Below are positions 41,508 through 41,901 of a stretch of 41,901 nt of DNA, one piece after another. The notes beneath the pieces are model-generated. The model saw only the letters and a list, made by a program, of their open reading frames with translations, did no database searches and had not been told where the DNA came from. The first letter of the stretch is position 1. Every line of letters starts with the position of its first letter. Origin of the DNA: Kiritimatiellia bacterium (GTDB lineage Bacteria > Verrucomicrobiota > Kiritimatiellia > RFP12 > UBA3636); contig JAFPUX010000546.1 in NCBI GenBank assembly GCA_017413145.1, positions 1-41,901 of the forward strand, written 5' to 3'. The position numbers were made by a program, and so were the translations under genes.

Positions 41508-41901
41508 ATGTCACGACGCGACCACTACCTGCGCGAAAAGAAGGAGCGAGAACTGCGCGACCGCCTCCGGTCGACGGTCCTCGCGCTGGCCGAACGCAGC
41601 GCGGGCTCGCGCGAACACGCCGCCGCCGTTGCGGAATTCGCGCGCGGACGCGCGGAACTCAAGAAGGAACGCGAAGCCCGGACGAAAGCCCGGCTGCGGC
41701 GGGAGACGGGGCGTCCCGCGCCATGGGATTCGCCACGTGCGCTCGCGAGGCGGCTCGCCGCGTGGGACGTGGCGGACGCGCGCTGGACCGACTGGGCCGA
41801 ACGGACGGTCCTCGCGGCCCGAGCGGGCGCCGAACCGCCCCTCGCCCCCGGCGAGCATCGCCGCACGGACGCCGGAAGCGACCGTCTCTGCAAGCGCTCG
41901 C
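41508..41901 (+). CDS. hypothetical protein, 5' part (runs off the window)
   Basis: The frame from ATG 41508 is open to the window end (MSRRDHYLREKKERELRDRLRSTVLALAERS...), with GC-rich third positions. It is not in the supplied ORF track because no stop is reached. The antisense ORFs over the same span translate to low-complexity R/G/P strings. Confidence 0.45.
   Translation, partial: MSRRDHYLREKKERELRDRLRSTVLALAERSAGSREHAAAVAEFARGRAELKKEREARTKARLRRETGRPAPWDSPRALARRLAAWDVADARWTDWAERTVLAARAGAEPPLAPGEHRRTDAGSDRLCKRS

Noticed and set aside
41038-41514. Minus-strand ORFs of 158 aa and 120 aa in the 40993-41508 intergenic region.
   Set aside because: No recognisable motif or start context. They run through the perfect palindromes, which create symmetric open frames on both strands, and they would sit upstream of the promoter mapped at 41001-41009. 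A real small gene cannot be fully excluded.
41511-41893. Minus-strand ORFs of 115 aa and 122 aa at the right edge.
   Set aside because: Their translations are Arg/Gly/Pro/Ala-rich. The plus-strand frame from ATG 41508 gives a more protein-like charged helical sequence and stays open to the window end.

Overview
High-GC bacterial chromosomal segment (spot counts of single 60-nt lines give about 63-82% G+C in most genes). The gene content (a giant secreted TSP3/LamG/PKD-like protein, ExbBD with coiled-coil partners, extended -10 promoters with apparently leaderless starts) loosely suggests a PVC-group-like organism; this is inference only. Layout: (1) FAD-oxidoreductase, hisE and hisG on the minus strand (100-2670). 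(2) A roughly 12.4 kb compositionally mosaic defence island (about 3.0-15.4 kb). It holds a decayed RhuM remnant, a low-GC KAP-family P-loop NTPase, a complete type I R-M operon hsdM-hsdS-hsdR, and a low-GC two-gene cassette (a 607-aa orphan plus a 399-aa protein with a C-terminal Rx4H HEPN signature). A divergent AAA_14/DUF4143-type ATPase closes it. I saw no integrase or transposase. (3) An exbB-exbD operon followed by two coiled-coil proteins where a TonB would be expected. (4) Two abutting 5'-truncated gene remnants, a ~240-bp inverted-repeat element, an MBL-fold hydrolase, an acyl-CoA dehydrogenase, tRNA-Arg(ACG) plus tRNA-Met(CAU), and a stand-alone class I fumarate hydratase alpha subunit. 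(5) A minus-strand operon encoding an NHL/Calx-like/PKD-like secreted protein, a small secreted coiled-coil protein and a 4214-aa giant surface protein. (6) A highly structured intergenic region and a partial ORF at the right edge. The best candidate for an undescribed system is the two-gene cassette at 10537-13678 attached to the type I R-M operon, with the KAP NTPase on the other flank as a second R-M-linked candidate. A recurrent extended -10 motif (TGnTAGAAT-like) sits upstream of 11 transcription units and helps fix several start codons. All functional calls come from reading the translations by eye; no database search was possible.
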